Source of the DNA: Marsupella aquatica
Lineage: Eukaryota > Plantae > Marchantiophyta
Assembly (NCBI GenBank): GCA_973895155.1
Contig: OZ316893.1
Location: 27,029,383-27,091,151, forward strand
Length of the DNA: 61,769 bases
Direction of reading: 5' to 3'
Positions within the stretch are counted from its first letter, which is position 1, and each line of letters opens with the position of its first letter. Below the pieces are notes generated by a model. The model was not told the origin of the DNA and ran no database searches. It saw nothing but the letters and a program-made list of their open reading frames with translations. This document shows, in pieces, positions 1 through 12,049 of the stretch. Position numbers and translations under genes: made by a program.

Positions 1-59
1 GAATTTCAAGTCTCATCTGTCCCTTAGACTAAGGAAAGAAAATTCACTAGGCGAAGGCT

Positions 60-1200
60 CTGTTAAGGTAACCTTACCCGGGCAGAGGAATCTAAGCTCA
101 ACGTAATAGCTGGAGGTACCCGTAGAAGCATGGCAGCAGCAGTATCTTCTCCAGGATCACTTCCTCCTGCCTCAAGAATTAAGAATTGCTGTGCTCGTTT
201 GAGAATTAATCCCAGCCTCACCATCCAGACTTGAGAATCAAAACTGCAGTTCTGAGAGGAAAAAGTACGAGAACTTCTTCCTTTCAAATCCCAAAGCAAC
301 CACCGCCTAACTGCATATTGCCGTCTGCAAAAACTTTGGCGCAAGAGCTCTTGTTTATCGCCCTCCAAGAAAGGACCATTGCGAACCAAATTGTCCTGCA
401 TACAACACACAAAATTGACGGCATTTTTCAAAGAAGCACTTGTGTACGAGTGATATATTCAGACCCTGTGAGTAGCAAATTGAGCAGCAGGCTGGACAAT
501 TGATTCAGAACAACAAGTTGATGGAAATGGGCACAAGATTGATCTAAATTATTACGAGCAATAAAAGAAGCTCATAAACGGAGATATCGTTTATAGATTC
601 ACATGTCTTAAAGAACAAGGCTAATGCAAATATTTGCAGGCAGCAGGCGACGTCATCCGAGAATTGAGCAGGACTTGAAGCAGGATGGGGAGACGAAAAG
701 TATCCCGGGCTGAAAGAGAGACACTGTCGCGCTTCCTTGGGCACTAAGAGTTGAGAAGTATTGTGGCCCAGCAATATAGGGTTGAAACCCAGATGAACAT
801 CGACTATAGCGAGGGCCTTACTAGGAATTCTCTGCCGAGAGGACATCGCGAGAGGCCGTGTACAAGCGGTAACGCGAATCTAACAGGAGTCACAGGATTC
901 GTCAGCATACAGCTACATATAGCTCGGTACCAGCTCCTCGAATAGAGACTAATGGAACATTAAATAATGAGCTGCGACGAGAAATTCTTTCCAGATGTTC
1001 TGCTTTCTTTCCCAGAGTGTCATCATGCAGCAAAGCAGCCTTTCCTACACTACTGATTTTACAATGGTGGATCCTTAGACTCTTCTCAACTTTTCATCTC
1101 GTGGAGAAACTCCCTCAGATTGCACTCACCTTTCCATAGCTAAGAAAAATTCCATCGGTTTGTGTAAATCACCAGAACGAAGTCGAGAATGAAATGACAT
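60..1200 (-). pseudogene. Highly degenerate PLS-class pentatricopeptide-repeat (PPR) gene remnant
   Basis: Minus-strand fragments in different frames resemble PLS-PPR motifs. Examples: GDLHKPMEFFLAMER*VQSEGVSP (~1105-1175), QPGILFVSPSCFKSCSILG (~655-712), HKCFFEK/MP (~420-445), and an E-domain-like VWMVRLGLILKRAQQFLILEAGGSDPGEDTAAAMLLRV (ORF 63-431). Many stops and frameshifts; motif recognition is by eye. Confidence 0.4.
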
Positions 1201-1363
1201 GCAGCTATTTTGAAACTCGCCTGTTCACTTCCCTGCTGGCTCCTCTTCTTCATTGCAGGGTGATCTCTGTCAATTTGAGGGTTCTGTTGATCCAATGTTT
1301 GCTATGATACGAGTGGGCGAATATCTCTCACCCGAATTGCACCACCACATCCACCTTACCTAT

Positions 1364-1630
1364 AATTGCAGATCAAAATGTGACAATATATGGTGTACTA
1401 CGAAGACTCAATCAGTTAAAGTGAATAAATGGGTTTATCATGGTATAGAGTGACTAAGAACACTCAATCAGTTAAAGTGAATAAGTGGGTTTATCATGGT
1501 CTAGAGTGACATAGTATATTGTTGCAGTTCCCGCTAATTGCAGATCAAAATGTGACAATGTAAGGTGTCCTATGAACACTCAATGGGTTAAAGTGTATAA
1601 ATGGGTTTATCATGGTAGAGAGTGACATAG
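1364..1630. repeat. Imperfect tandem repeat cluster
   Basis: Three copies of actcaatcagttaaagtgaataaatgggtttatcatggtatagagtgac (~1406, ~1462, ~1577) and two of aattgcagatcaaaatgtgacaat (1364, 1537). Confidence 0.8.
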
Positions 1631-1740
1631 TGCATAGTATATTGTTGTGCAGTTGCCTAGATGCATACTTAGCCAGGCAGTAACACCCACTCAATGGAGA
1701 CAGACCAATGTAGCTTATTGTAGATACCTGGGCAATGTTC

Positions 1741-2130
1741 TACACTGTCTATTGCAATTAGTGTAAGTCAGACAAATTGCATAACCCTTCAAATTTTAGG
1801 ACTCACATAAAATAGGGTCTCACTAAGTACAGTCTAATTGCATAGCCCTTCAAATTTTAGGACTCACATAAAATAGTGTCTCACTAATTACAGTTCACAA
1901 GTTGTCACACTTTTGGTCTCACTAATTGAGGTGTTTGCCTTGAATAGTGCACACTGAGAGGCATAAAACTGAGACTCATGTGTACTCTCAATACAAAGAA
2001 AACAATGTGACTAACATACTTAATTAGTGTGATTTGGGGTAGAAAAAAAGTTCACACAATTTAGTGTGAGTCACCCTAATTTTTGCGTCACACTAATTAT
2101 GTACTCACAATATTTATGGTGGACATTGTA
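1741..2130. mobile_element. Degenerate CACTG-ended non-autonomous DNA transposon (MITE), related to the 51097 element
   Basis: Begins tacactgtc..aattagtg and ends ggtggacattgta (imperfect inverted ends). Contains many cactaat/attagtg subterminal motifs and an internal ~61-bp tandem duplication (1775-1892). Confidence 0.45.
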
Positions 2131-3289
2131 GTTCATCAATATAAAGCAACTACACATGGAGTAAATGTTTAAAGAAGTATTTAAGGCTGTCTTGCATGTG
2201 CAAGGTCTTCCAAAAGAAGGCCCTTACCGGCAGAAATTGACTTGGAAAAGTGAGATCTAAAATCTACACATAATCAGAGAAGGAAATACATGTGACATGC
2301 CCTCTACTCCCATGTCTTTCTTTGTAGTTTCCACCCCTTGATTCTACAAGGCAGTATGCAGGAGCTAACAGCAGTCTTGTTGACCCTGCAGCACAGGTAA
2401 CATCTGTATTTTGTTTTATTCACTTTTGAAGGTTTGGAACCTCAAGGGTCAAAATATTTCCGGCCCTTGCCCTTACTTCTCCACCAAAGACGCCATCAGG
2501 ACTGCCTAACTGTTGCTGAGTTTTGAAATGCCACAGGTTTACTTGAGGGTCGGAAAACAAAGGACCTTGCACATGTCCTACGGCCCTTAGCCAGGCACTT
2601 CCTCCATCTTGTAAACTTGATGAGCATTAAGTATGGATTTATCTTCTTGTGTATTTGATGGGCAACAAAGATGGATTTTGGACTTAACCAGGCCTTTTTG
2701 AGTGTGGACTATCAAAAGAGCTTGAACGCAGCAGACTTTGGGTCCTTGTCCGCAACACAGGACGCCACCATTGACTCAGGGCAAAACACAATCCCCAGAA
2801 TGTTACAAATTGCACTTGATTTGAGCTGAAAATTGCTTGGTGTGATCTGCTAGGTAACCCCAGAAAGATAGGACATTTGTATATCTTACCACTCAATCAT
2901 ATAATTATTATCAAAAATCACAAACAACACAGAATACAATAGAGCAGTTTCAGCTCAAACTGACTTCATTTACTCGTATTTGTCCTTTTGGGACATCATT
3001 TGTTTGTAATCTAGTGTACTTTGGTCTTTTATAAACAACTTGAATTTTTTCAATTAAGTAATATTGCCTTCTGTGGAATGGTGACTTGATTTTGTTAGTT
3101 TCATTTGAGATTGGACAATGGACTGCAATTGTCTTAGTTTACAAGAATTGGGGGCCCCATTTAGGTATGGTGTCTACCAATCTTACATGGCAAAGAGTGT
3201 GCCCAAGCACATGTTGATGCAGAGTGCTTGTTTTGTCTAGAATTCTTTATTACCTCCAAAGGTGGTCCAAACATTTATAAACTTAGGGG

Positions 3290-3792
3290 GGATTTTGATT
3301 GCCACTCTCTTTGGGCATATATGTACATTGTCACATAATGTTTTTTGATTTATAGTTTTTATGCCACTTTTTTGGTTTGTTGATTGAGAGTTTAACCTGG
3401 GTTAGCTCTTCACATCCAATGGCTATCATTGCACCTAGTCCCGTGCTTGGATAGCTCTGGTCTCCCTCAAGGTGATCTTGGCCACCTTCAGCAGGATAGA
3501 AGCAGAGGCTATGCGCAAGGATAGGTTGGTCGTCAACAAAGGCTGTGCATAGTATGGGAGGACAAGAGCACCCAACCCACCCCTCAGTCACTTGACCCAA
3601 GGGTGGTCAAAGTCACCTTGAGGAAGACCCAGGCCGTTTGACTGCAATATTGAGTGCAATGACAGCCATTGGATGTGAAGGAGCTAGTCTGGGTTAACTT
3701 TCCTAACCCCTTAAACAAAAATAGTGGCATTTTGATAATTCAATAGGGAGGTATGTATTATTCCAAAATAGAGTGACACCGTAGTGAATCTC
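3290..3792. mobile_element. MULE-like MITE with long inverted arms
   Basis: 3392-3434 (ttaacctgggttagctcttcacatccaatggctatcattgcac) is the near reverse complement of 3654-3697. Outer arms also pair (gccactctctttgg / ccaaaatagagtgac; atgccacttttttg / caaaaatagtggcat). Confidence 0.65.
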
Positions 3793-4240
3793 AGTTTGGC
3801 TCTTCATTCAGAAAGTGAAGGGCACTTGTGCCTTGTTTGTGACTTCTTGCTCCCAAGGAATCAAAATTCTTTTCAGCTTTCTGTTACAGTCTCAACCTAC
3901 CAACTGCTTCAGCGTGTCTCATTTGCCCAGTTTTCACCCAAAGCTCTCCAAAAGGTTTTCCTGTAAGTAAACAAATTTCCTAAGCCCTAAACCCCTTTCC
4001 TGCAAGTAAACAAAATTGAGGAGCAAGTCTCGTTTACTTGCAGGAAAGTTTTGCAATTAATGCTTTGGATGCATAACTCACGTGAACCTTGCAATGGAGC
4101 TGGACCAGCTCACTATCATAGTTTCAAAACGGTTTTTTGGTTTCATTGGTCCATCTCCTGTAGGTGTATTGTCAAACCTTCAGGTCTTTGCAACGTGGAT
4201 TTAACAGCACTCTAAGGTCCAACTTATAGTTTAACACACA

Positions 4241-4580
4241 TGGACAAAGAAAAGTGCCGTTTGTCACCGTCAAACATAGCTAAAGGAGGCTTTCTGGCGA
4301 AAACGAAACAAGTCGCGATCGCGAATGTGTAACATTTCGAATACCCTTCTGGATTCAATCTTACACATAGAATATCCCTGGAATTTTCGATGGATCCACC
4401 TTGTACTTAAAATACTCATTCCTTGGACAAAGAAAAGTGCCTTGTCACCGTGAAACATAGCCAAAGGAGGCTTTCTGGCGAAAACGAAACAAGTCGCGAA
4501 CGCGAATGGGGAAAGTTACGAATACCGTTCTGGATTCACCTGTACACATAGAATATCCATAGAATCTTCTATGGAATCCC
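4241..4580. repeat. ~183-bp tandem duplication
   Basis: tggacaaagaaaagtgcc...gaaacaagtcgcga...tacacatagaatatcc occurs at 4241 and 4423. Confidence 0.85.
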
Positions 4581-4814
4581 ATCTGTTTCTATTCAACGGA
4601 AAACGACCTTGCGACGGACCATCCATGTCCGTCCATTCATGTCTATTCATCCATCCATTTTCCGTCCATCGATGCCCCTCTGTCTATCCATCCAGAAGGC
4701 GTGAGTCGGCGACGTGCAATTTCGCGAAGTCTCGACAGTCACGAGAAATCCTCGTGTTCGTTTCGGTTATGAATTCTCGGTTTCGTGCACAGAATGATGA
4801 GAGCTCCGACTCAC

Positions 4815-4917
4815 AAAACCCGAGTCGTAGACTAATAACGTCTCGACGACATTGAGATTTCCGACTAAGAAAACCCGAGTCGTAGACACTAATAACGTCT
4901 CGACGACATTGAGATTT
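4815..4917. repeat. ~55-bp tandem duplication
   Basis: aaaacccgagtcgtagac(ac)taataacgtctcgacgacattgagattt occurs twice. Confidence 0.85.
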
Positions 4918-5881
4918 GTGTGGGTCAAGATGCGGTACAGCGTTGCGACTCATGCTCATTCCGAAGCTGATTTTGAGCGAAGGAGATGCGGCGGATTCAA
5001 TTGCGAATGTTCCCTTCATTCCGCGGAGTCAGATCCGGACGCGAGTGTTCGTTTGGTTCGAATTGACCGTAGAACGACGGTATCCAAGAATGCAGAGTCA
5101 CGCAGGGAATTGGAGGATTTGGTTGGATAACAATGGAGCACCTTTCGTGAGGTATGTGGAAAAAGTCTACAGTTAAAAGTAATCAGCGGAGATGAGAGGC
5201 TGGCTCTTGACAAAGGGCTCTTGACTCCAAGGGGCTGGCCGAGATTTGCGGGTAGATTTGTGGTTGTGTGAGAATTTCTCTCAGCCTATGAGTGACTGAT
5301 TGAGTCCGGGATCATGAGAGAAACACTCCATAAGTTAATTTACAAAAATAAGCCAAACAAAGTACAATGAAGGAAAAGCAAAATAGGTCCAAACGCGCAC
5401 AAGTAGAGAAGGACTAGTGACATGGGGGAGTCTTCGGAGGAATTTCTGGCCGACGGGGCTAAAACTAGACCAGACTACAGGTGTTCGCACGCTCGTAGGT
5501 GTTAGACGAGAAGACAGGATCGAATGACATAACGGCGCGGCGGCACAGACTCACAGAGGAACGCCTAGCGGGACAATCATGTCGTCAAAGATATCCCCGA
5601 ATATGCGTCTGCAAGGCGGGTATATAACGGGAATGATGCTGGTAGATTCGAGGCAAGGAAGCGGATCTCGCTCCACAGGACAATTGCGCAGGGCTCCTGT
5701 AGACACCAAGTCCAGGACTCCAGGGAGTCCAGGCAGCCACGAAACCAACAACGGAATTCCCTTGTGGGCCAGGGAGCGAGAGTGGTTCGAACTTCGAGGT
5801 GAGATGGTAGTCACGAAACTGTTGGTGCTTTTGGATTAGGAACGCAAACCTAGGAAGATACCGTACTGCAATTTTGCTTGT

Positions 5882-5890
5882 CTATAAAAG
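5882..5890 (+). promoter_or_regulatory. Candidate TATA box of the TH2-like gene
   Basis: CTATAAAAG in a CpG-rich region, followed by a strong splice donor (cacg|GTGAGT at ~6133). Consistent with a spliced 5' UTR ahead of ATG 7195. Confidence 0.35.
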
Positions 5891-6600
5891 GCTGGTGGTG
5901 GCAAAGAGAGTTCTATTACTGAGTGCAGAGTCAGTGCGGACGTACGACAGAGTTTACTGTCCGACATCATTATTTTCACTGGAGAGTGATTTTTCGAGAC
6001 CTCGCTCTGAATCAACAATCACGCAGTGTAGTCTTCTTGGCTCCTTTCCGTCGGTGCCATCGAGCAGGGGAGACATTCTCCAGCACCCGCGATCAGCGAT
6101 ATACTACGTGAAAGCCTTTTGCGACCTTCACGGTGAGTGACTCCTTTCCGTGTGTTCGTCGATAGTATGGGTATTCTATTACTTCTGTAGCAACTCAAAC
6201 ACAGAATGGTTCAGTTAGCGCCGCACAGACACTGCAGTCCTTCAGGACAGCTCGAGATTCATGAAGATGCCTGACTTCTAAAATGGTAGTTGTGGAAGTG
6301 TTGTACCCTGACCGACAACAGGGCTCAGAATTTAAATAAGCTCACTAGGACCGTCACGGCTCCTTCATATCTATTTCCTTGTTTGTGGTCCCGAACGGTA
6401 CTTCAATATAGTTACGTTATTAACCTTCAAATTTTATTAGAGGACACTTTTTCTGTTTTTGCAATGTTACGTGAAACTGTTGGGCTTGTACCAAAAATGG
6501 TTGCTTCCACAAAGTCCTGATTCTCATGAGGTTGATCTTTCTGGAGTGGAAGATCTAATGTCGAACATCCCGAACTTGTGGAACCAGTGCATCCACAATC

Positions 6601-6670
6601 GGAGCTCCCTACGCTGATTCAGGGGAGCCTCGAAGGAGCTCCCTACACTGATTCAAGGGAGCCTCGAAGG
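6601..6670. repeat. 34-bp tandem duplication in the TH2-like leader
   Basis: ggagctccctac(g/a)ctgattca(g/a)gggagcctcgaa occurs twice. Confidence 0.85.
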
Positions 6671-7194
6671 CCAGCTCGACGATTAAAGCAGGGATTTTGT
6701 GCATCCCCGAGCTTTCACGTACGCTCACAAGTTCACACCGCTTCTCACTCCTAACCTCAGTGGAAGCACGAGGAAGACGTAGTCAACTCGTCGTTTGAAG
6801 ACAATTTCCCCGGATTATTTTGCCCATATAGATGCCTCGGCAGGGAATCCCCTCCTCAGGTACCTTGGGAGACACTTGGTCCCGGCCGTCTTTCTATTCC
6901 TCGATCTTTTGAACAGTCCAAAGATCGCATTCAAAGATCTGGACAGTGGCATAGCGTCTTTGGACGTCGAATGCTGAATGTAATTCCTTGAAGCTGTGTC
7001 GTAGTTTCCATTATGATGTTGGTGTTGGGCAGAAGTTGCTCTCTGACTGTAGCATTGGTCAACTACTACTATTTAGTTAATTCTCAGATAGAACTCTAGA
7101 AGAACTACCTCATTTCCATTTCGGGTCTAATCAATGGTGTGCCAGAAACAGTCCTGTTGTCACTCGTCGTGTTCGGAGATAGTAACAACAGACG

Positions 7195-10100
7195 ATGCTC
7201 TTTGCAGGAGGAGAGACGACCGCGTCTGTTTTGAAGAGATTGTGGAAGGGAGCTAATTCGGACTGGGTGAAACTTGTGCATCATCCTTTCGTGTTGGAGA
7301 TGTCGACGCTGACCTTATCATTGTCCAGTGCAGCGACGTATATGAACGACCAAGCGGAATACTTCACGGATTTTCTCGCTCCGTAATACTCTACCCTCCT
7401 ACCCTCCGTTACGTGAATATTCGCCCGTCTTTCGAGGCAGATAGCCGAGTTTTTCTCCGTAGTTTAAAATAAAAACTCGTGGATCACGTGCTCCATGTTT
7501 GTAAGTGGACTTGCTGATGTCGCACTCCTTAATGATTGCCAGTGCGGGAGACGACAAATGTTAATCATTTTTCTGTCGGTGAAGGTTGCAGGACGATCCG
7601 GAGACTCGTTCGAGAGTGCAGACAGCGAACCATGTCCAGGACCTCAGGAACACCTTCACCAACCTGGTAATAAATGTAGATGAGGCTGTAAGGAGTTTTG
7701 ATATAATTGTTCTTGAACTTGCAACGACACTCAATTATCCGTCGGTGCTCCTAGTTTGTGTATGATTCTCTTTCTACCACCTTTTAAAAATTGCCGTAAA
7801 AAACCTTCACTCCTCTTCGGTCGAATTTTGGCTCGAGGTAGTGAATTGTGGACAACTAAACAAATTTCTGTATTCAAAGTCACATTTTCGTATGTTTAAG
7901 TTAACACGAGGTTTTGTAGTGCAGGAACTAGAGAGTATGAATTTGGTTGAAGGTGGCTCGAATGTTGCTTCAAGCACAGAAATCAGTCCCGTTGCACAAA
8001 AGATGAAGCAACTCATGGACGTCAAGTCAGAGTATGAGAACAGCGGCGATGCACTGCTCTCTTGGGCGGCTATTTTGCGACTTCGGGATTTCCTCGAGAG
8101 AACAATCACCAGTCGTCTCCCTCAACCAGATTCTGGCATCCAGCATGGTGGAGTCTGGCTCAGCACCTTTGCTAAGTCGCATGTCCAGGTGATGATTCCG
8201 CACACTCAATACTCAACAGCATTCGGAGATGTTCCATCTGCTCCAGTCATTCGGCTGTGTCAAATGAGAGTTCTATTACTCTGCTTGTGTCTGTATGTTT
8301 GACTAGTGCAGCATCCGTAACGGGTGATTCTATTGTGGAAAGCAGGCTTGTATAGCTTTCGTGGAAGACGAATTGATGAAGATATTACCAGCGACAATGA
8401 ACCAAGGCGAAACGGAGCGGGTCAAGAATATTTTCAATGCTGTACTGCAATTTGAGTTGGCCCTGTTGGACTCAGCTTATGCTAGGAGTCGGTCAAACGG
8501 AGAACTGGCGCAGCAGCCGAGCAGCCCTTGGCACCCTTCCAATATCATCTTCACCACAGACTTCGATGTCACTTGTACAATAGTAGATTCGTGCGATTCT
8601 TTGGTTCGAGCCGCGGAGTCTGCGGCCAAGAAATCCTCTGGAGACGTCCAATGGGGGAAGTTGCTTGAAGACTACGATGAAATTTTAGATCGACATGCAA
8701 TTCGAACAAAAATTACTCTCCACAGTCTAGAAAACCCGGAGAAAAGCATTGAAGTCACCAAGCGATTGTCAGGGCGGGACGAAAATTCCGACGATGTCGT
8801 GCCTGGAATGGACCCCTCTCTAAAGCCTTTGTTCGAGAGTACAATCAAAACCTCTTCAGTGTCCTCCAGTGAGGACTCTGAAAATGTTCCATTTGATGAG
8901 GCAGGCCTCCGAAGAGCTCTCACTAGACTTTCGGACCTGGAAGTATTGTGCAATAAGGTAATTTGACCTCTCAAAATTCTTTATCCCAAGAGGTGGACGG
9001 GGATGCGTGGGCTCTGGTAAAAAGTACATAGCAAAGCACTACATTTTTGGAAGATCTCGAAATTTGACTTTCTTAATATGTTATCTTGGGGAAAATGTTT
9101 TTGTAAAACTCACGGTAGATAGAGGAAGGTTGTTGCTTCATCGATTGCCAGTTCGTATGAAATTTCGTGCACTGCTATCCCTCCATCGATTGACTGTTTT
9201 CCGCCTATGTCTAAATCAGGACATAATGTCATCTGGGGTTTTGAGTGGATTCACAAGAAACGGAGTATTGGCGGAGGCCAAGTTTGTGGAGCTTAGACCC
9301 TGTTCCACAGAAGTTTTGAATCAATTTATCGGAATAGGAACGCAAATTCATGTTGTGTCCGCAAATTGGTCTCGGGATCTGATTATTGGAGGATTACCCA
9401 GTATGCCAGGTAAATGCCCTGTTTTTTTCTTCTCCCTTCCCGACATTTTTTGATTTTGATGTTCATGTTCTTTGAATCTATTTGAAGAATTTGGAGAGCG
9501 ATGTGATCTTCTCTGCTTCATGATGAATTCTGCAGTAGGTCGTTGGACGTTTCCCTTTTTTATTCTGACTCGAATAGAAAATTCGTATCTGCATGACCGT
9601 GTCACTGATGCAGAGAGCAAATTATTTGTGCACTGCAACGATATGCTGTACGACTCCGAAGGGGTGTCAACTGGAATTGTTGACAACACTCTGGTGGACG
9701 CGTTCGACAAGGAACAGATGTTACGAGCTCTTCGCACTCTGTACAGTCACTACGACGGCAAGAATGTTGATGATCTCCAAGTCGTTGCTAAAGCCCAGGC
9801 AGAAGGGAAAGCAGAAAGGATGTTGGTATATATGGGAGACAGCCACACAGATCTATTGGGATTGTTAGAAGCCGATTTGGGAATCGCAATCGGCTTGTCT
9901 TCAGCGGCTAGGAAGGTGATGTCGCTGTATGGGATTAAGTTGCTTCCTCTCGTTGAGGCTTCTGCATCCATCTCTCGAGCCCGCTTGAACGGATTGCGAT
10001 GCAGTTGGAGGCGTTCAGGCATTCTTTTCGAAGCGCGAGGATGGGAAGATATTCAGGCCTGCCTCTTTGGGGTGGCTGAGACTCCAGGACCGGCTGATCC

Positions 10101-10227
10101 TCTCCGGTCGAGCGGAAAAAGTTCAGAAGATCCATCAGTACAACAGCAGCCACAGTTTAACACCACCGACATGTCGCAAGAGCGACCTCCTCCAGCGAAT
10201 TTGGAGCTCGTCCAGGTTGCTTGCTAA
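7195..10227 (+). CDS. TH2: Bifunctional TenA-HAD fusion protein, TH2-like thiamin monophosphate phosphatase (divergent)
   Basis: Six GT-AG exons join in phase: 7195-7382, 7585-7666, 7925-8188, 8346-8957, 9220-9409, 9614-10227 (alternative acceptor 9578), giving 649 aa. N-terminal TenA-like helices (HHPFV..., W..TF, LQFELALL). C-terminal HAD domain with motif I DFDVTCT, motif II HVVSANWS, Lys in FDKEQ and motif IV YMGDSHTDLLGLLEADLGI, collinear with plant TH2 as recalled. Confidence 0.85.
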
Positions 10228-10679
10228 TCGAAGTAAACTTGGTCACCTCAAACTAGACAATCTTTCGTTTGCGCGGAAGTGCTCATTCTTGGATCTCCTA
10301 AGCTATATATGATCTATCGGTTTTCTCATCAAGTGGCAGAAGTCTAGCAGACAGTCCACAGTTGGAAATCCAAAATTTTCCATGATCTTACATACTCCAG
10401 ACACCCAATTTTTCCACTTACATTCCATTTCAGCTCGATTTTAGCCACACATGCGTGCAGCTTGACTGTGTCGCCGCAGATAGATTGATAGATAGATAGA
10501 CAGTGGGCCACATCGCATGCCCTTGCGGTCTCTCGGCTTTCGTAACGGTTCGCATGGAATTTAGTGAGACGTTTCCGAGCGTTTGTAGCATAAAGCCCAT
10601 GAATTGGAGTATTCAGGATCATTGCGAGGACACACCTTTCGCAATTTCTGTGAAGGTCATTTTTATAAAATTGGAATAG

Positions 10680-10870
10680 TTTACTGATTGGCAGTGAATG
10701 AGTGAGTGGATTGTCACTGACTGAATGAGGGACATAAAGGGGGAGCTCACATGGGAGTGAGTGGATTGTCACTGACTGAATGAGGGACATAAAGGGGGAG
10801 CTCACATGGGATAGTTTGACTGGATTGGCAGTGAATGAATGAAGGAGGGACTTAAATGGGGAGCTCACAT
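10680..10870. repeat. ~57-bp tandem repeat, about 3 copies
   Basis: gagtggattgtcactgactgaatgagggacataaagggggagctcacatggga twice, plus a degenerate third copy. Confidence 0.85.
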
Positions 10871-10893
10871 AAATACAAGGCCAGCAGACTACC

Positions 10894-10954
10894 CTGGCAA
10901 GAACAAATCAATGGTCCCAGTTAACTGGCAAGACCAAATCAACGGTGCCAGTTA
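10894..10954. repeat. 31-bp tandem duplication
   Basis: ctggcaaga(a/c)caaatcaa(t/c)ggt(c/g)ccagttaa occurs twice. Confidence 0.8.
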
Positions 10955-11251
10955 AAGAATGATCCAATGACATCAACCTGGTGAGGTCAGTGTACTACTA
11001 ATGAACAAGAAATCAGAGGGAGAATACATGGAGAGAGGGGCTCACGTAAATCAAGGAGAAGGTGGAGTAAATATCAAGACCTTATTTATAAACAACTACA
11101 AGCTAGAGTTGGGGCCTAGGCTTATACACTAGCCCACCATGCAATGAGAAAACTCATGGTTATGATGTATGTTAATTTGTATGTATGTTAATTTGTAATC
11201 ATGCAGGCCTTCTGTACTGATTTTTATTTACATTCAAAAATGTACTCTATG

Positions 11252-11445
11252 ACCCCACCATAACATATGTGCATAGAAAGGAGGATGGTATGTTATGTAT
11301 GATTATTAAACCCCACCATAACATATGTGCATAGAAAGGAGGATGGTATGTTATGTATGATTATTAAACCCCACCATAAGATATGTGCATAGAAAGAGGG
11401 ATGTGCATAGAAAAGAGGATTATATGTTATGTATGATTATTAAAA
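11252..11445. repeat. ~58-bp minisatellite, 3 copies
   Basis: ccccaccataacatatgtgcatagaaaggaggatggtatgttatgtatgattattaaa repeated three times. Confidence 0.9.
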
Positions 11446-12049
11446 TGAAAACATGCATGATGATTAACCTTCAAAGAATGTGAATAGTGAATATGCTATT
11501 CATGTTCAAAGAAGGGGTAGTTGGGGCTAGTAATAGTATATCATAATGGAAAGCATTTGATAGCCTAAAAAATGGGAAATTCCTGAGTTCCATCACATTT
11601 GTCACCTGACAGCTAGAGGTTCAATTTCTCATATGATGTCAAATTTATTCCTCCCAGTCATTGCTTCCTCTACTTGAAAGCAAATGGTTTGGATGGAAGA
11701 GTTTGTTAAACTTTGTTCTTAATCTGTCACACATCCTAACTGCTTGTTGCTCTACTTCTACTTGCCTCAATAATTGAGAGTTAGCATGCTGGTCACCACC
11801 AGATTGGTGCGAACGTGACAAGTAGCTTGGATCCTATGATTCATGCTCTATAGAAGTTATGTTAGGAATTTAATTTTGGGTGTACTAGAGTTAAATCACA
11901 ATTAGTCTAGCTGTAAATAGGTGTCTGATTAAGCATAGATGTGTCACTACTATGTTCACTAGCATGACTTAGCTTATGATTGGAATTGAGACTCAATTAT
12001 GGTGAGTAGTCTAGAACTTAGGGAGGGTTTACTCTAAGTGTGGAGACTC

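Noticed and set aside
6601-6670. ggagctccct repeats resembling miR319/miR159
   Set aside because: Only the miRNA 3' part matches. There is no seed match and no fold-back; it is a direct repeat.
5900-10700. TPP riboswitch around the thiamin-related gene
   Set aside because: I could not find the CTGAGA...ACCTGAT...TAAT..C.GCG.AGG core in the leader, introns or 3' region.
10344-10868. 174-aa minus-strand ORF behind the TH2-like gene
   Set aside because: Its N-terminus comes from the 57-bp tandem repeat and the rest is antisense to the likely 3' UTR; no recognisable domain.
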